Assembly: GCA_965227295.1 (NCBI GenBank)
Contig: OZ245742.1
Span: 4,672,001 to 4,736,000, forward strand
Reading direction: 5' to 3'
DNA length: 64,000 nt
From: Leptonemataceae bacterium
Lineage (GTDB): Bacteria > Spirochaetota > Leptospiria > Leptospirales > Leptonemataceae
Shown: positions 30,534-41,139 of the stretch, one piece after another
How positions within the stretch are numbered: the first letter of the stretch is position 1
How the letters are laid out: every line of letters begins with the position of its first letter
The notes under the pieces: generated by a model
What the model was told of the DNA's origin: nothing
Seen by the model: the letters and a program-made list of their open reading frames with translations, nothing else
The model's database searches: none
Translations under genes and position numbers: made by a program

Positions 30534-30929
30534 TCGTGCGTCGAACAGACGACCGGATTCCTGGTCGCTCGGAGCGGCACCGCGTACCGGAAGCAGCATT
30601 TGCAGATCTTCGAGGCTCATGACGAGCTCCAGGCGTTCTTCGAGGGGTACTTCACTGGGACGCAGCACGAGCTTCTGCCGTTCTTCCAGGCTGAGGCCCT
30701 GGCGTTCGGCAATCGCTTCCGCGCCCTGCTCCGGTGGTGTCTCCGCGACACGCTCGGTGGCGCTGGCGTTGCGGCGCAACAGACCCACTTCCAGATCGAT
30801 TTCGCGCGTGTCGGCCCGCTGCTGTTCCTGAGCAGGAGCAGCTTCCGTAGCTCGTCCACCCGCCTGGAGATGCGCCGGGGGGGTGTGCGAGATGTTTGTG
30901 ATTCCGTTCACAGCCATCGTTGCCGTCAT
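30528..30929 (-). CDS. Small hypothetical protein, possibly flagellar (sigma-28) regulon
   Basis: GGAGG RBS 7 nt upstream; C-terminal GRLFD motif. Confidence 0.6.
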   Translation of the reverse strand: MTATMAVNGITNISHTPPAHLQAGGRATEAAPAQEQQRADTREIDLEVGLLRRNASATERVAETPPEQGAEAIAERQGLSLEERQKLVLRPSEVPLEERLELVMSLEDLQMLLPVRGAAPSDQESGRLFDARS

Positions 30930-30956
30930 AGTGAAACCTCCGTGTTTCCGGTACGT

Positions 30957-30983
30957 ACTTCGGAGGTCCCCACAGGAACTTAA
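30957..30983 (-). promoter_or_regulatory. Candidate sigma-28 (FliA) promoter
   Basis: Minus strand TTAA-N15-TCCGAAGT versus consensus TAAA-N15-GCCGATAA. Confidence 0.5.
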
Positions 30984-31063
30984 TCAAAAAATCCTTGATA
31001 ACGCAAGGAAAAAGCGGAATTTCGCCGAACCTCCCCTGTCCTGCGACGCGCTGTCCAATCTTT

Positions 31064-32794
31064 ATGCATAAACCATTTACAATCCTCTCCGTCCCGCTTC
31101 TGGCCATCTTCGTGGCCATCTTCCTGACCGGCCGCCCGCTGGAGGCCCAGACGGCCGGGGAATTCGACGACTTCAATGAATTCGACGAGGACGGTGGCTG
31201 GGCCGACAACTGGCTGGACGGTTTCAGCATGCACGGCCGGGTCCAGATTCTGCCGGTCTACCAGGGGAACTACGACTTCGCCAGAGATACGGACGACCAC
31301 GACGAGTTCGTCGTTCAGAAGACGCAGTTGGGCTTCGAAAAACGATTCAACGGTCCGTTCGTAGCCCGGGTTACGGCGCAGGACTCACGGCTCTGGGGTG
31401 GCGAACCGGGGTCGGACTCCGGCCTCGGCAACGCCAACGACAATACCAACGAGTCCTTCGACATGCGTGAGGGTTACCTCGGCATGGAAAAGGCCGGCGG
31501 CTGGTTCAGCACACGGCTCGGCCGGCAAATCCTGGCCTTCGGCGACAACCGCCTGGTTGGTCGAGCGGATTGGGGGCCCTCGGGACGCAGCTTCGACGCG
31601 GCCCGCTTCGACGTGGATGCCGGCCTCTACACCGGCACGTTGTTCGGAGCCGTCCTCGCCGAAGAGGACGACGGCCTGCAGGGCAACAGCACAGACGTGG
31701 GCCGGGGTAACTCATCCGATTTTTCGTTCACCTGCAACAGCGCCGGAACCAGTTGCCAGATCACGAGCGGCACGCCCAATGAACTGGACGACGCCTACCT
31801 CGTCGGCTTCTACAATACGTTTCGCATCAGTGAGCACCTGCACGCCGACGCCTACTACTTCGGCCGCTACAAGAAGTACATCCAGAGCAGTACGCCCATC
31901 CTGAATCTTCCCGAGGCCACCGTCACCACCGAAGACCGGGACCGCCAGCGGGACAACCTGCATACCGTGGGCGCGCGATTCACCAACACCACCGCCGGCA
32001 AACGCAAGGCCGTCATTCCCTTCGACTGGACCGTGGAGTACGCCTACCAGACAGGCATCACCGGCAATCGCGTCGATGCATCCTGGGACTGGCTCGGCGT
32101 CACCATCCCCCGCGTGGACGCGAACGGCATTCCGGAGTTCGACGCGAACGGCAACCTGGTCACGGAAAAACTCTACAAAGAAAAGGAACGCTACGAAAGC
32201 CACGCCGCCGCGGCCGACGCCGGCTACACCCTCTTCGATACCGTGCGCATCGGCGGCGAGTACGTCTTTGCCAGCGGCGATAAGGACCGCACCGACGGCA
32301 CTGATTCCACTTTCGATCCGCTGTTTCCGTCGAACCACGGCCATCGCGGTCAGGCGGATCTGCAGGGCTGGCGCAACGTGGTCGGCCACTCGCTGAACCT
32401 TACGTTCAGCTTCGGCGAATGGGGCAAACTTAAGTTATCATACTGGGAGTTCGACAAGCATCGCTATCAGGACGGCTGGTACTCCAACAGCGGGAGCGCT
32501 CGCTCTTACACCACCGAGTCCGAGGCTAACGCACGCTACGGTGACGTTACCGACGCAAGCGGCACCACCTCGCTGGCAGCATCGAAATTGCGTTCACATC
32601 TCTTCCGCGAGTACGATCTACACTACGAAATCACCTACGCCGACATCTTCTTCGAAGTCGGCTACAGCCTCATCCACGCCGGAGATTCCGTCGCCGCCGT
32701 TCGCGATGATGAATTCTCATTACCCGGCGCGCGTCGGCCGAACTTCGACCCACGCGCGGATCGAATGTTCATGATGTTCGTATACAAATTTTGA
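31064..32794 (+). CDS. Alginate-export-family outer membrane beta-barrel
   Basis: Signal peptide; QDSRLWG, GRQILAFGDNRLVG..W, RSFDAAR, TFDPLFPSNH; terminal Phe (FVYKF). Confidence 0.82.
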   Translation: MHKPFTILSVPLLAIFVAIFLTGRPLEAQTAGEFDDFNEFDEDGGWADNWLDGFSMHGRVQILPVYQGNYDFARDTDDHDEFVVQKTQLGFEKRFNGPFVARVTAQDSRLWGGEPGSDSGLGNANDNTNESFDMREGYLGMEKAGGWFSTRLGRQILAFGDNRLVGRADWGPSGRSFDAARFDVDAGLYTGTLFGAVLAEEDDGLQGNSTDVGRGNSSDFSFTCNSAGTSCQITSGTPNELDDAYLVGFYNTFRISEHLHADAYYFGRYKKYIQSSTPILNLPEATVTTEDRDRQRDNLHTVGARFTNTTAGKRKAVIPFDWTVEYAYQTGITGNRVDASWDWLGVTIPRVDANGIPEFDANGNLVTEKLYKEKERYESHAAAADAGYTLFDTVRIGGEYVFASGDKDRTDGTDSTFDPLFPSNHGHRGQADLQGWRNVVGHSLNLTFSFGEWGKLKLSYWEFDKHRYQDGWYSNSGSARSYTTESEANARYGDVTDASGTTSLAASKLRSHLFREYDLHYEITYADIFFEVGYSLIHAGDSVAAVRDDEFSLPGARRPNFDPRADRMFMMFVYKF

Positions 32795-32910
32795 CACAGC
32801 CGAAACCGGCGAGGACCTTCTCTGCCCGGGAAGGGTTTGGAAAAAACCACCCGAATTCAAAATTCGACTTTTACAATAAACCTTTCCCTGCATTCTAGCG
32901 TTCTCCCGCC

Positions 32911-35900
32911 ATGAACGCTCCCGCCGGTTACGATCTGGCTGAAAAGCTCTACGAAAGCGCCGCGACCCTCGTCTATCGAGCACGGCGCCGGGCGGACGAA
33001 CATCCGGTCATCCTCAAGATGCTCCACGGAGAAGTCTCCGATGATCGCCGCCTGCGTCGTTTCCGCCGCGAATTCGAATTAACCCGGCGGCTCGCCGAGG
33101 CCCCGGGCATCATCGAGGTCCACGACTTTGCCCTGGATGCCGGCGGCCGCGGCGGCATGCTTGTACTGGAGGACGTCGGCGGCCAGTCCCTGGCGGCGCA
33201 TCTCAAGCAGCGTCAGTCCAATCGCATAGAAAATATTGAAGAATTCCTGGCCATCGCCATTCATCTGGCCCGCGCTCTGGAAGCGATCCACGGTGCCCGC
33301 CTGGTACACCGCGACATTAATCCGGCCAACATCGTCTGGAATCCCGAGCACAAACTGCTGCGTATCATCGACTTCGGCATTGCCGAAGAACTCACGGCCT
33401 CACCTTTGCGAGAATCTCCCGGTCCGGTGCCGCCGACGACCCTGGAAGGCACCCTCGCGTTCATCAGCCCGGAACAAACCGGACGCATCAATCGACCGGT
33501 GGACCATCGCTCGGATCTGTACTCCGCGGGCGCGACGCTGTATCGCCTGCTTTGCGGACGCAACCTCTTCGACGCCCGGGATCCCATGGAAATGGTACAC
33601 GCCCATCTGGCCAAAGAACCGGTGCCGCTCCAGGAAATCCGCCCGGATGTGCCGGCCTCGGTGGTGGAGGTCGTCCGGCTCCTGTTGGCCCGGGACCCGG
33701 AAGAGCGCTACCGCAGTGCCCGCGGCCTGCATCTGGACCTGTGCGAAATCCACGGCCATCTGGAACCCGAGAGCGGGCGCATCCTTCTCGAAAGCTTTCG
33801 GCCGGGACGGGACGACATGGCGCCGACCTTCGAACTGCCGCGCAAACTCTACGGACGCGACGAAGAACGGCGGCGCCTGCTGGCGGCCTTCGCCCGGGCC
33901 AGTACCGGTCGCGCGGAATTGTTGCTGGTTCGGGGAGACGCGGGCTCGGGCAAGTCCGCCCTGGTGCGGGAAATCCACCGTCCCATTACCGAGAAGCACG
34001 GCTACTTCGCCGCGGGTAAGTTCGATCCGGAAACCCGTAACGTGCCTTACTCGGCGCTACGCGATGCTCTGCACGCGCTCATCTCGCAGTTGCTTACGGA
34101 ACACAAGGACAGCCTCGCGGTGTGGAAGCACAGCCTGCTCGCCGCCCTCGGTTCCCACGTTTCCACTCTCGTCGAAGTGCTGCCGCGGGCCGCACTCATT
34201 TTTGGTGAGAGTCTGCCCGAACCGGCCCCGCCCTCCGGCGACAACCGGCGGCGCCTCAGCCGGGCGTTCCAGGCTTTCCTCAACACCTTTGCCACCCGCC
34301 GGCAACCCCTGGCCCTCTTCCTCGATGACCTCCAGTGGGCCGACAGCGCCAGCTTAGAGTTACTTGAGGAGTTCTTAGCAGATCCGCGCTCGAATCATGT
34401 CCTGGTCATCGGCGCCTGCCGTGATTCCGGTGACGAGACCTCCGCGGACGAGTCGCCGCGACGGCTGCGGGAACGATTCCAGGCCGAAGAAATCGTACTG
34501 ACCCCCCTCGGCGAACAGCACATCGCCGCCATGCTCGCCGATGCCTGCGATCTTCCGGCGGAGGAAACCCTGTCGCTCGCAAAGCTCTGTTTTGAAAAGA
34601 CCCGCGGCAATCCGTTCTTTCTGAATCAATTCCTCGGGGAAGCCCAGGAGTTCTTTTACTTTGAAAAAAACGCGGACCGCGGGCGCTGGTACTGGGATGC
34701 CGCGGCGATCGCGCACCTCGACGCCACTGCCAACGCGGTGCGTTTCTTAACCGCGCGGTTATCGAACCTTTCCCCGGGCACACGCCAGTTCCTGGAGTTC
34801 GCCGCCTGCCTGGGAGACCACTTCGATCTGCGCACGCTGGAAATCATTGCGCCGGCGCTGCCGTATGAATGGCTCAAGGGACTCTGGGACGCCGTGCGCA
34901 TGGGCTTCGTGGTCCCCCTGGATGATGAATACAAGTACATCAACCCGACGACCGGACAACCCGGCGATGCGAACCCCGGCTTTCGTTTTCTGCACGATCA
35001 GGTACGCGAAGCGGTCCTCTCTCTCATCGATCAACGGCGACGCTGTGAGATTCATCTGGAGATCGGCATTCATCTGCGAGACGGCGCCGGTGATGTCGAC
35101 TACCAGCGCTACCTGTTCGAAATCGTAGAGCACCTGAACGCCGGCTCACCGCTGATGGATCGCCCCCGAGAACGCACCGAGCTGGCACGCTGGAATTTAC
35201 GCGCCGGACGCCGGGCCAGGACGGCGGCGGCTTTTCGCGCGGCCTACTCTTACTTTCGTTTCGGTTTATTACAATGCGATCCCGGTCCGGACAGTGATCC
35301 GGATCTCACCCTGGCGCTGCAGCGCGAGGCCGCGGAGACGGCCCACCTCTGCGGCGAAACCGAGGCCAGGGATCGCCTGGTCGCGGCGGGCATTAAACTC
35401 TCGCGTTCCTTCCTGGAAGAGGTGTCGTTCCGCGAGATCGAGATCCAGGCCTTCGTCGCGAACAATCAGCTCCAGGAGGCCATCGCCGTCGCCCTGCCGG
35501 TGTTACGTAAGTTGGGGGCACACGTTCCTTCGGACGGTCGTCGCACGCCGGGCAAGGCGACGCTCTTATATCATCTGCTACGTCTGCGCATGAACCTGGG
35601 CGTGCACTATCGCCGTCCCGGCCTGCTCGCCGCACTGCGGCCCATGACCGAACCACGCTATCGAGCGGCCCTGCGCATTCTCACGCGAGTCGGCGTCGCG
35701 GCCTACTACTCGGCCCCGGAGCTGTTTCTGCTGATTTGTTTCGAGATGACCAGGCTCTCCGTTCGCTACGGGAACGCCCCCGAGTCCTGCCCGGCTTACG
35801 CCGCCTGCGGTTCGGTGATCTGCGCGGCCCTGGGAGACGTGAAGACCGGCTACGAATTCGGACGGGTCGCCCTGGAGCTTGCGCATCGTCCGGAAAACGC

Positions 35901-38277
35901 CGCGTTTCGGTCGATTACGGCCACGATCTTCCACGGCTTGATCCGCCACTGGCGAGACGATCTGGCCAGCACCCTGCCCGGCCTGCAACGCGCGCACGCG
36001 GACGGCATCGAGTACGGGGACCTGGTCCACGCGAGCACCGCCGCAAGCGCCTTTTCATTCTACGAATTTCTGGCCGGACAGAACGTGCGGCGCAGCGAAG
36101 AAACCGCGCGAAGCTATCTTCCGGACATCGAGAACTTCGGCATGGACACGATGACCCTCCATCATCGTCTGCTGCACCAGTTCTTGCGATGTCTGGCCGG
36201 CGAAAGCGACGATCCCCTCTCGCTGGATGGTGATGATTTACGGGAAGCGGTCATCCTCCAGGAGTTTGATGCCACTGCGAATACCACGGGGCGGGCGCTG
36301 CTCTACGTTTACAAACTGATGCTGGCCGCAATCTTGAGTGAGGTCGACGCCGGCATCGACGCCGCGGACCGCGCCGAAGAATATGTAGCCGGGCTCACCG
36401 CGTACGCCGCCGAGGGCGTCTTTCATTTCTACGCCGCGCTCATCCGCATCATCGCCCTGCGGCGCGGCTATTCCCGGCGCGGCCTGGACCGGCGCATTCG
36501 CGGACATGTGCGCAAGCTGCAATTTCGTGCGCACCATGCACCCACGGACTTCAAGCACCGGCTGGACCTGGTGCGGGCGGAACTGGAACGATCGAAGGGA
36601 CGTTACGAACGCTCTACGGATCTCTTTGACGCGGCGGCCCGCAGTGCCCGGGAGGCCGATCGCCCGCTGGACCTGGCCCTGATCTACGAACGCGCGGCGG
36701 ATCTGCATCGTTCCCTGGGGCGCACGCTCATTGCCGAAACGTATCTTCGTTCGGCCTACTTTACGTATCGCGCCTGTGGAGCCGATGCGAAGGTCCGCGC
36801 CCTGGAATCCCGCTATGCGCCGATCCTGCCGGCCGCCGCGACCCTGGAAAATCGTCGCGGCAGACCGGGGGAACACGAGACGGAAACTCGCAGCAGCGAA
36901 GAGACCCGCACCCTGGATCTGCGCAGTGTCATTAAATCTTCCCAGGCAATCGCGGAACAAATCTCGCTAACTCCTCTTTTAGAAAAGTTAGTCCGTATCC
37001 TCATTGAAAATGCCGGGGCACGGCGCGGGCTGCTGTTTCTGGAACGCGAAAATCGTCTCGTGCTCTCCGCCGAGGGCACGGCCCAGAGTTCCGAAGTCCG
37101 CATCCCGGGCTTTGAACGCGAGACCGCTCCGGAAGAAGTCGGCGAAGACACCGACGCCAGGGATACGGCCGGCGCCCCCCGATCGTTGCTGAACTACGTG
37201 CTGCGCTCCCGGGAGGCCGTGGTCCTGGACGATGCCGCCGAAGATCCGCGCTTCCAGAACGATCCTTACGTTCGTCTGCGCCTGCCGCGCTCGGTGCTCT
37301 GCATGCCGGTGCTGCATCGCGGCAACGCGCTGGGCGTACTCTATCTCGAAAACGATCTCATTTCCGGCGCCTTCACCCCGGAACGGCTGGAGACCCTGAA
37401 CCTGTTGTCCTCCCAGGCCGCCGTCTCGTTACAAAACGCCGTTTTGTACGACGGCATGGAACGAGAAATCGAGCGCCGCACGGTGGATCTTAACCGCGCA
37501 CTGGAAGAACTTAAGTTCCGCGAGGACCTCTATCTCTTCGAACTAGACGTGGCCGGCGACATTCAGCATACGTTGCTGCCGCAGATTCCGTACGAGTTCG
37601 CCCCGGTCTCCTCCCGGCCCCTGCGCATCGAAGCCTACTTTCGCCCCATGGCCGGCGTGGGCGGAGACTTCTACGACATCATTCCCATGAACGCCGGGAA
37701 ACGCCTGGCCCTGCTCCTGGCCGACGCCTCCGGACACGGTGTACCGGCGGCGCTGTTCACGACCATGGTGAAAGTAAACTTCGCCGATGCCGTCCGCCGC
37801 CGCGAGTCGCCCCTGGAAATCCTCAGCTACATGAACGACAGTCTTACGGGGACCATCGCCAGCTATCATTACTTAACCGCGGTTTGTCTGATCTTTGCGG
37901 ACGACGGTAGTTTCACCTACTCCAGCGCCGGCCATCCCCGCGGACTCATCCATCGTTCCGGAGACGCAAGCATCGACGTCATGGAAACTTCGGGCATGAT
38001 CCTGGGAGTGTTCGGGGAGGCCAGCCTCACCTATGAGAACCATCCCGAACGGCTGAATCCGGGCGACCGCCTGTTGGTCTATACGGACGGGATGACCGAG
38101 GCCGTGGACGTGGCCGGGCGAGTCTTCGGTGATGAACGCGTCAAAGAACTTCTGGAGGACTCCGCACATCTGCCACTTGACGAAGCCCGGAAATCCATCG
38201 AGGAAAACTGGTGCGCCTTCGTGGGCAACGCCAAGGTCCAGGACGACGTTACTTTTCTGTTAATCGAATATCGCTGA
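32911..38277 (+). CDS. Ser/Thr kinase - AAA/NACHT-like ATPase - GAF - SpoIIE (PP2C) phosphatase protein
   Basis: HRDINPAN, DFG, SPEQTGR; GDAGSGKS, LDDLQWAD; GAF (SVLCMPV, LYLEN); GGDFYD, DASGHG, YTDGMTE, DDVT. Confidence 0.92.
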   Translation: MNAPAGYDLAEKLYESAATLVYRARRRADEHPVILKMLHGEVSDDRRLRRFRREFELTRRLAEAPGIIEVHDFALDAGGRGGMLVLEDVGGQSLAAHLKQRQSNRIENIEEFLAIAIHLARALEAIHGARLVHRDINPANIVWNPEHKLLRIIDFGIAEELTASPLRESPGPVPPTTLEGTLAFISPEQTGRINRPVDHRSDLYSAGATLYRLLCGRNLFDARDPMEMVHAHLAKEPVPLQEIRPDVPASVVEVVRLLLARDPEERYRSARGLHLDLCEIHGHLEPESGRILLESFRPGRDDMAPTFELPRKLYGRDEERRRLLAAFARASTGRAELLLVRGDAGSGKSALVREIHRPITEKHGYFAAGKFDPETRNVPYSALRDALHALISQLLTEHKDSLAVWKHSLLAALGSHVSTLVEVLPRAALIFGESLPEPAPPSGDNRRRLSRAFQAFLNTFATRRQPLALFLDDLQWADSASLELLEEFLADPRSNHVLVIGACRDSGDETSADESPRRLRERFQAEEIVLTPLGEQHIAAMLADACDLPAEETLSLAKLCFEKTRGNPFFLNQFLGEAQEFFYFEKNADRGRWYWDAAAIAHLDATANAVRFLTARLSNLSPGTRQFLEFAACLGDHFDLRTLEIIAPALPYEWLKGLWDAVRMGFVVPLDDEYKYINPTTGQPGDANPGFRFLHDQVREAVLSLIDQRRRCEIHLEIGIHLRDGAGDVDYQRYLFEIVEHLNAGSPLMDRPRERTELARWNLRAGRRARTAAAFRAAYSYFRFGLLQCDPGPDSDPDLTLALQREAAETAHLCGETEARDRLVAAGIKLSRSFLEEVSFREIEIQAFVANNQLQEAIAVALPVLRKLGAHVPSDGRRTPGKATLLYHLLRLRMNLGVHYRRPGLLAALRPMTEPRYRAALRILTRVGVAAYYSAPELFLLICFEMTRLSVRYGNAPESCPAYAACGSVICAALGDVKTGYEFGRVALELAHRPENAAFRSITATIFHGLIRHWRDDLASTLPGLQRAHADGIEYGDLVHASTAASAFSFYEFLAGQNVRRSEETARSYLPDIENFGMDTMTLHHRLLHQFLRCLAGESDDPLSLDGDDLREAVILQEFDATANTTGRALLYVYKLMLAAILSEVDAGIDAADRAEEYVAGLTAYAAEGVFHFYAALIRIIALRRGYSRRGLDRRIRGHVRKLQFRAHHAPTDFKHRLDLVRAELERSKGRYERSTDLFDAAARSAREADRPLDLALIYERAADLHRSLGRTLIAETYLRSAYFTYRACGADAKVRALESRYAPILPAAATLENRRGRPGEHETETRSSEETRTLDLRSVIKSSQAIAEQISLTPLLEKLVRILIENAGARRGLLFLERENRLVLSAEGTAQSSEVRIPGFERETAPEEVGEDTDARDTAGAPRSLLNYVLRSREAVVLDDAAEDPRFQNDPYVRLRLPRSVLCMPVLHRGNALGVLYLENDLISGAFTPERLETLNLLSSQAAVSLQNAVLYDGMEREIERRTVDLNRALEELKFREDLYLFELDVAGDIQHTLLPQIPYEFAPVSSRPLRIEAYFRPMAGVGGDFYDIIPMNAGKRLALLLADASGHGVPAALFTTMVKVNFADAVRRRESPLEILSYMNDSLTGTIASYHYLTAVCLIFADDGSFTYSSAGHPRGLIHRSGDASIDVMETSGMILGVFGEASLTYENHPERLNPGDRLLVYTDGMTEAVDVAGRVFGDERVKELLEDSAHLPLDEARKSIEENWCAFVGNAKVQDDVTFLLIEYR

Positions 38278-38288
38278 ACATTAGCAGA

Positions 38289-38777
38289 TCAAAGGCCGTG
38301 CTCGCGTTCGAAGTAGGTCAGGACCGCGGCCCAGTCCGTAAACGGCTCGCGGCCGAATACCAGGAGCCGGCCTTCGAAGTTTTCCTGGCCCTTGCCGCGT
38401 TCGTAGTCGTCGATCAAAAAGTCACCCTTGCAGAGTCCCTTGTTCGGACTGATGATCAGCCGCTCCAACATTTCGACGCCGAGGTGCTCTTCCACCCAAT
38501 CACGTTTTTCAAGGTAGCACAGGGGATTCGGGATCGACGGCGCGGTGAGGATCCAGACCTGAAAAAGATCGGAGGCACGCAGGCGTTGCATTGCCGCCAG
38601 GGCACCGGGCATGGGCTCCAGGTTTCGAAAGAAACCGTACTGACTCTGAGGATACGCAATCTCCGGTTCCAGCTCCAGACGCTCCCGATGCCGCTTCGAA
38701 AAGTTGCACAGTACGTCGTCCATATCGACGTAGAGTATCTTACGGTCAGCGTCCTGCATTATAACACAAACAATCAA
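38289..38777 (-). CDS. 5'(3')-deoxyribonucleotidase-like HAD phosphatase (NT5C)
   Basis: VDMDDVL, FFRNLEPMPGA, EKRDWV, LIDD. Confidence 0.85.
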   Translation of the reverse strand: MIVCVIMQDADRKILYVDMDDVLCNFSKRHRERLELEPEIAYPQSQYGFFRNLEPMPGALAAMQRLRASDLFQVWILTAPSIPNPLCYLEKRDWVEEHLGVEMLERLIISPNKGLCKGDFLIDDYERGKGQENFEGRLLVFGREPFTDWAAVLTYFEREHGL

Positions 38778-38788
38778 AATCCGCCGGC

Positions 38789-39976
38789 TCAGTCCACGGC
38801 GGGCAGCAGTTCCCGGGCCTGCACAAGCAAACGACCGTCACCGGATTCGACGCCCACGGTAAACTCACCGTAGACTGCCACCGTCGCATCCTCGCTTAAA
38901 TCTTGCGCGAAAGATCCCGGTCCTTCGCGGGGAAAGAGATACAGCACGTCCACGGAAGCCTCGGATCCGGTGTTCAGCCGAAAACGCAGCCCGCCCTCGG
39001 CCCGGCGCAAATCTTTTACGGAGCCGCGCCAGAAGACCGTCGCCCCGCGATACAACAAGGGCTCTCCCAGAATCGATGCCATATCCACCGGATCACGAAA
39101 ATCCGCGCGGGGAACGCGAGGAATCGAATCGCGCAACAACAGTGCGCGTTCTTTGATTTCAAAACCCGCATTGGAGAACTCCAACTTGCCGAGCAGATAG
39201 CGCGCCTGGTTGATTTTCCCTTCGCCGATGCGTTCGCGAGCGCTGCGATAATCGACCAGGGCGGCGTCCCGATCCGCATACGTAAAACGCGGATCTTCAT
39301 CGCCGAACTGCGCCGGGGACACCACGGTTCCGGACGACGGCGGCTGCGGTAAATCTTCCAGCAAAGATTTGTAAGGGTCCGGCCGAAAGAAGTTAGCGAT
39401 GGGCTCCACCGCGAGCGCCCCACCGATACTCAGGCCCGCCAGCAGGACAATGCCGAATACCACCGGGCGAAAGATGTCCCGTTGAGCGCCGGCATCGCCG
39501 CGCGATTTCTTCCGTGTAGACTTTGTAGACTTGTCCGGGCGCGCGCCGGCCACGCCCTCCACCGGTTCCAGGGGAACGTAGCGCAAAAAAGCGCGGTGCT
39601 CTTCCAGTTCACGTTCGATCACGTGATCGCCCTTCTTGAGTTTCGCAATGAGACCGTCGGCGAAGGTCTCGCCCGGGTCGGCCTGCACGATGCGCGTCCA
39701 GAGCAGCAGCGCGTTTTCGTAGCGGCGCCGATGCAGTTCCAGGTAGGCGGCCAGGTAGAGATGATCGGCGCGGTACATCGTCGCGCGACCGTGGGCTTCC
39801 ACCCATTCTTCGGATTGATGGATGTGACCGAGGCCGAAAAGCGCGCATGCCCCAGCATACAACACCCACTCCGGCGTACGTTCGCCCTGGCGCTCCCGCG
39901 CGTCACGACACGCTGCGAACGCCTGTTCGTAGCGCCCCTCAAACAGGGCCGTGCGAATGTTGGATTGTTCAGTCAC
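38789..39976 (-). CDS. TPR-like membrane-anchored hypothetical protein
   Basis: N-terminal helical repeats, central TM helix, OB-like C-terminus; follows aroB. Confidence 0.6.
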   Translation of the reverse strand: MTEQSNIRTALFEGRYEQAFAACRDARERQGERTPEWVLYAGACALFGLGHIHQSEEWVEAHGRATMYRADHLYLAAYLELHRRRYENALLLWTRIVQADPGETFADGLIAKLKKGDHVIERELEEHRAFLRYVPLEPVEGVAGARPDKSTKSTRKKSRGDAGAQRDIFRPVVFGIVLLAGLSIGGALAVEPIANFFRPDPYKSLLEDLPQPPSSGTVVSPAQFGDEDPRFTYADRDAALVDYRSARERIGEGKINQARYLLGKLEFSNAGFEIKERALLLRDSIPRVPRADFRDPVDMASILGEPLLYRGATVFWRGSVKDLRRAEGGLRFRLNTGSEASVDVLYLFPREGPGSFAQDLSEDATVAVYGEFTVGVESGDGRLLVQARELLPAVD

Positions 39977-39991
39977 GATTTAGAGAAATAG

Positions 39992-41128
39992 TCAGCCGAA
40001 CCGCTCTCGTTGTTCATCCCAGGCGCGACGGAATTCTTCCGGCGCCACTTCCATACCGAAACGGGCTTCGCCGGGGCCGGCCAGAAGCACGTATCGGGGC
40101 ACGCCGCGCACGGCTTTTTTATCGAAGCGCATGTGTTCGAGAATTTGCTGCGCGCTGAAGTTCGCCGTATCCCGGGGCATCTTCAATCGATCCATTAACT
40201 TCAGATAACGTTCGATTACGTCCGGGGCCAGGCCGCAAACATTGCGCGAGAGCAGCAACGCTGTTACCAGACCGCGCGACACCGCCTCACCGTGAGAGAA
40301 GCGCGCGTACTGCGTCAGGGATTCCAACGCATGGGCCGTGGTGTGGCCGAGGTTCAGGATCGCCCGCAGTCCGCCTTCGCGTTCGTCCTGGCGGACCACC
40401 TCGGCCTTAAAACCCGCCGAGTCCAGGACCGCCGATCGCAAGGCATCGGAGGACGGATCACGCAGATCGTCGGCGTTTTGTTCTAAGTCCGCCGTAATGC
40501 GTCCGGAAGCTTCGAGGCAACCGTGTTTGATCATCTCCGCCAGGCCGCACACCCATTCGCGCTCGGGCAGCGTGCGCAGGAGCTCCGTGTTAAAGTACAC
40601 AAAGCGCGGTTGATAAAAAGCGCCGACCATGTTCTTACCGCGATCCACGTTGACGGCGGTTTTGCCGCCGACACTGGAGTCCACCGCCGCAAGCAGCGTC
40701 GTGGGAATTTGAACGAACGAGACGCCGCGCAATAGCGTCGCCGCTACAAAACCCGTAAAGTCGCCGACCACACCACCGCCGAGAGCAATCAAACACGACT
40801 TGCGATCCGCATCCGCTTCGATCAGACGATTGTAGATCGGCGCCAGATTGTCGATGTGCTTCGCGGATTCGCCCTGGCGAATGCGCAGGACCCGGCGCTC
40901 CGCTTCGCCGTCAAACAAATCGCCGGCGGCTTTTAAGAACGGCGCGATCACCGTATCGTCGAGACCCTCCTGAGAAATCACAAACAGACGTGACGCTCCC
41001 AGGTTCTCGAACAGGAGCTCTTCGCGGAGGCGTGCAAAGCCGCGCTCTACAAAGACCTGGTAGGCCGGAGAACTCGACGGCCGCACTTCCAACGGCGACG
41101 GAGCGGAGGATGATAGTACAGTTCCCAT
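39992..41128 (-). CDS. aroB: 3-dehydroquinate synthase
   Basis: GGGVVGD, PTTLLAAVDSSVGGKT, LNLGHT, HGEAV; start set at ATG 41128. Confidence 0.96.
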   Translation of the reverse strand: MGTVLSSSAPSPLEVRPSSSPAYQVFVERGFARLREELLFENLGASRLFVISQEGLDDTVIAPFLKAAGDLFDGEAERRVLRIRQGESAKHIDNLAPIYNRLIEADADRKSCLIALGGGVVGDFTGFVAATLLRGVSFVQIPTTLLAAVDSSVGGKTAVNVDRGKNMVGAFYQPRFVYFNTELLRTLPEREWVCGLAEMIKHGCLEASGRITADLEQNADDLRDPSSDALRSAVLDSAGFKAEVVRQDEREGGLRAILNLGHTTAHALESLTQYARFSHGEAVSRGLVTALLLSRNVCGLAPDVIERYLKLMDRLKMPRDTANFSAQQILEHMRFDKKAVRGVPRYVLLAGPGEARFGMEVAPEEFRRAWDEQRERFG

Positions 41129-41139
41129 GAGTGCTTCGG

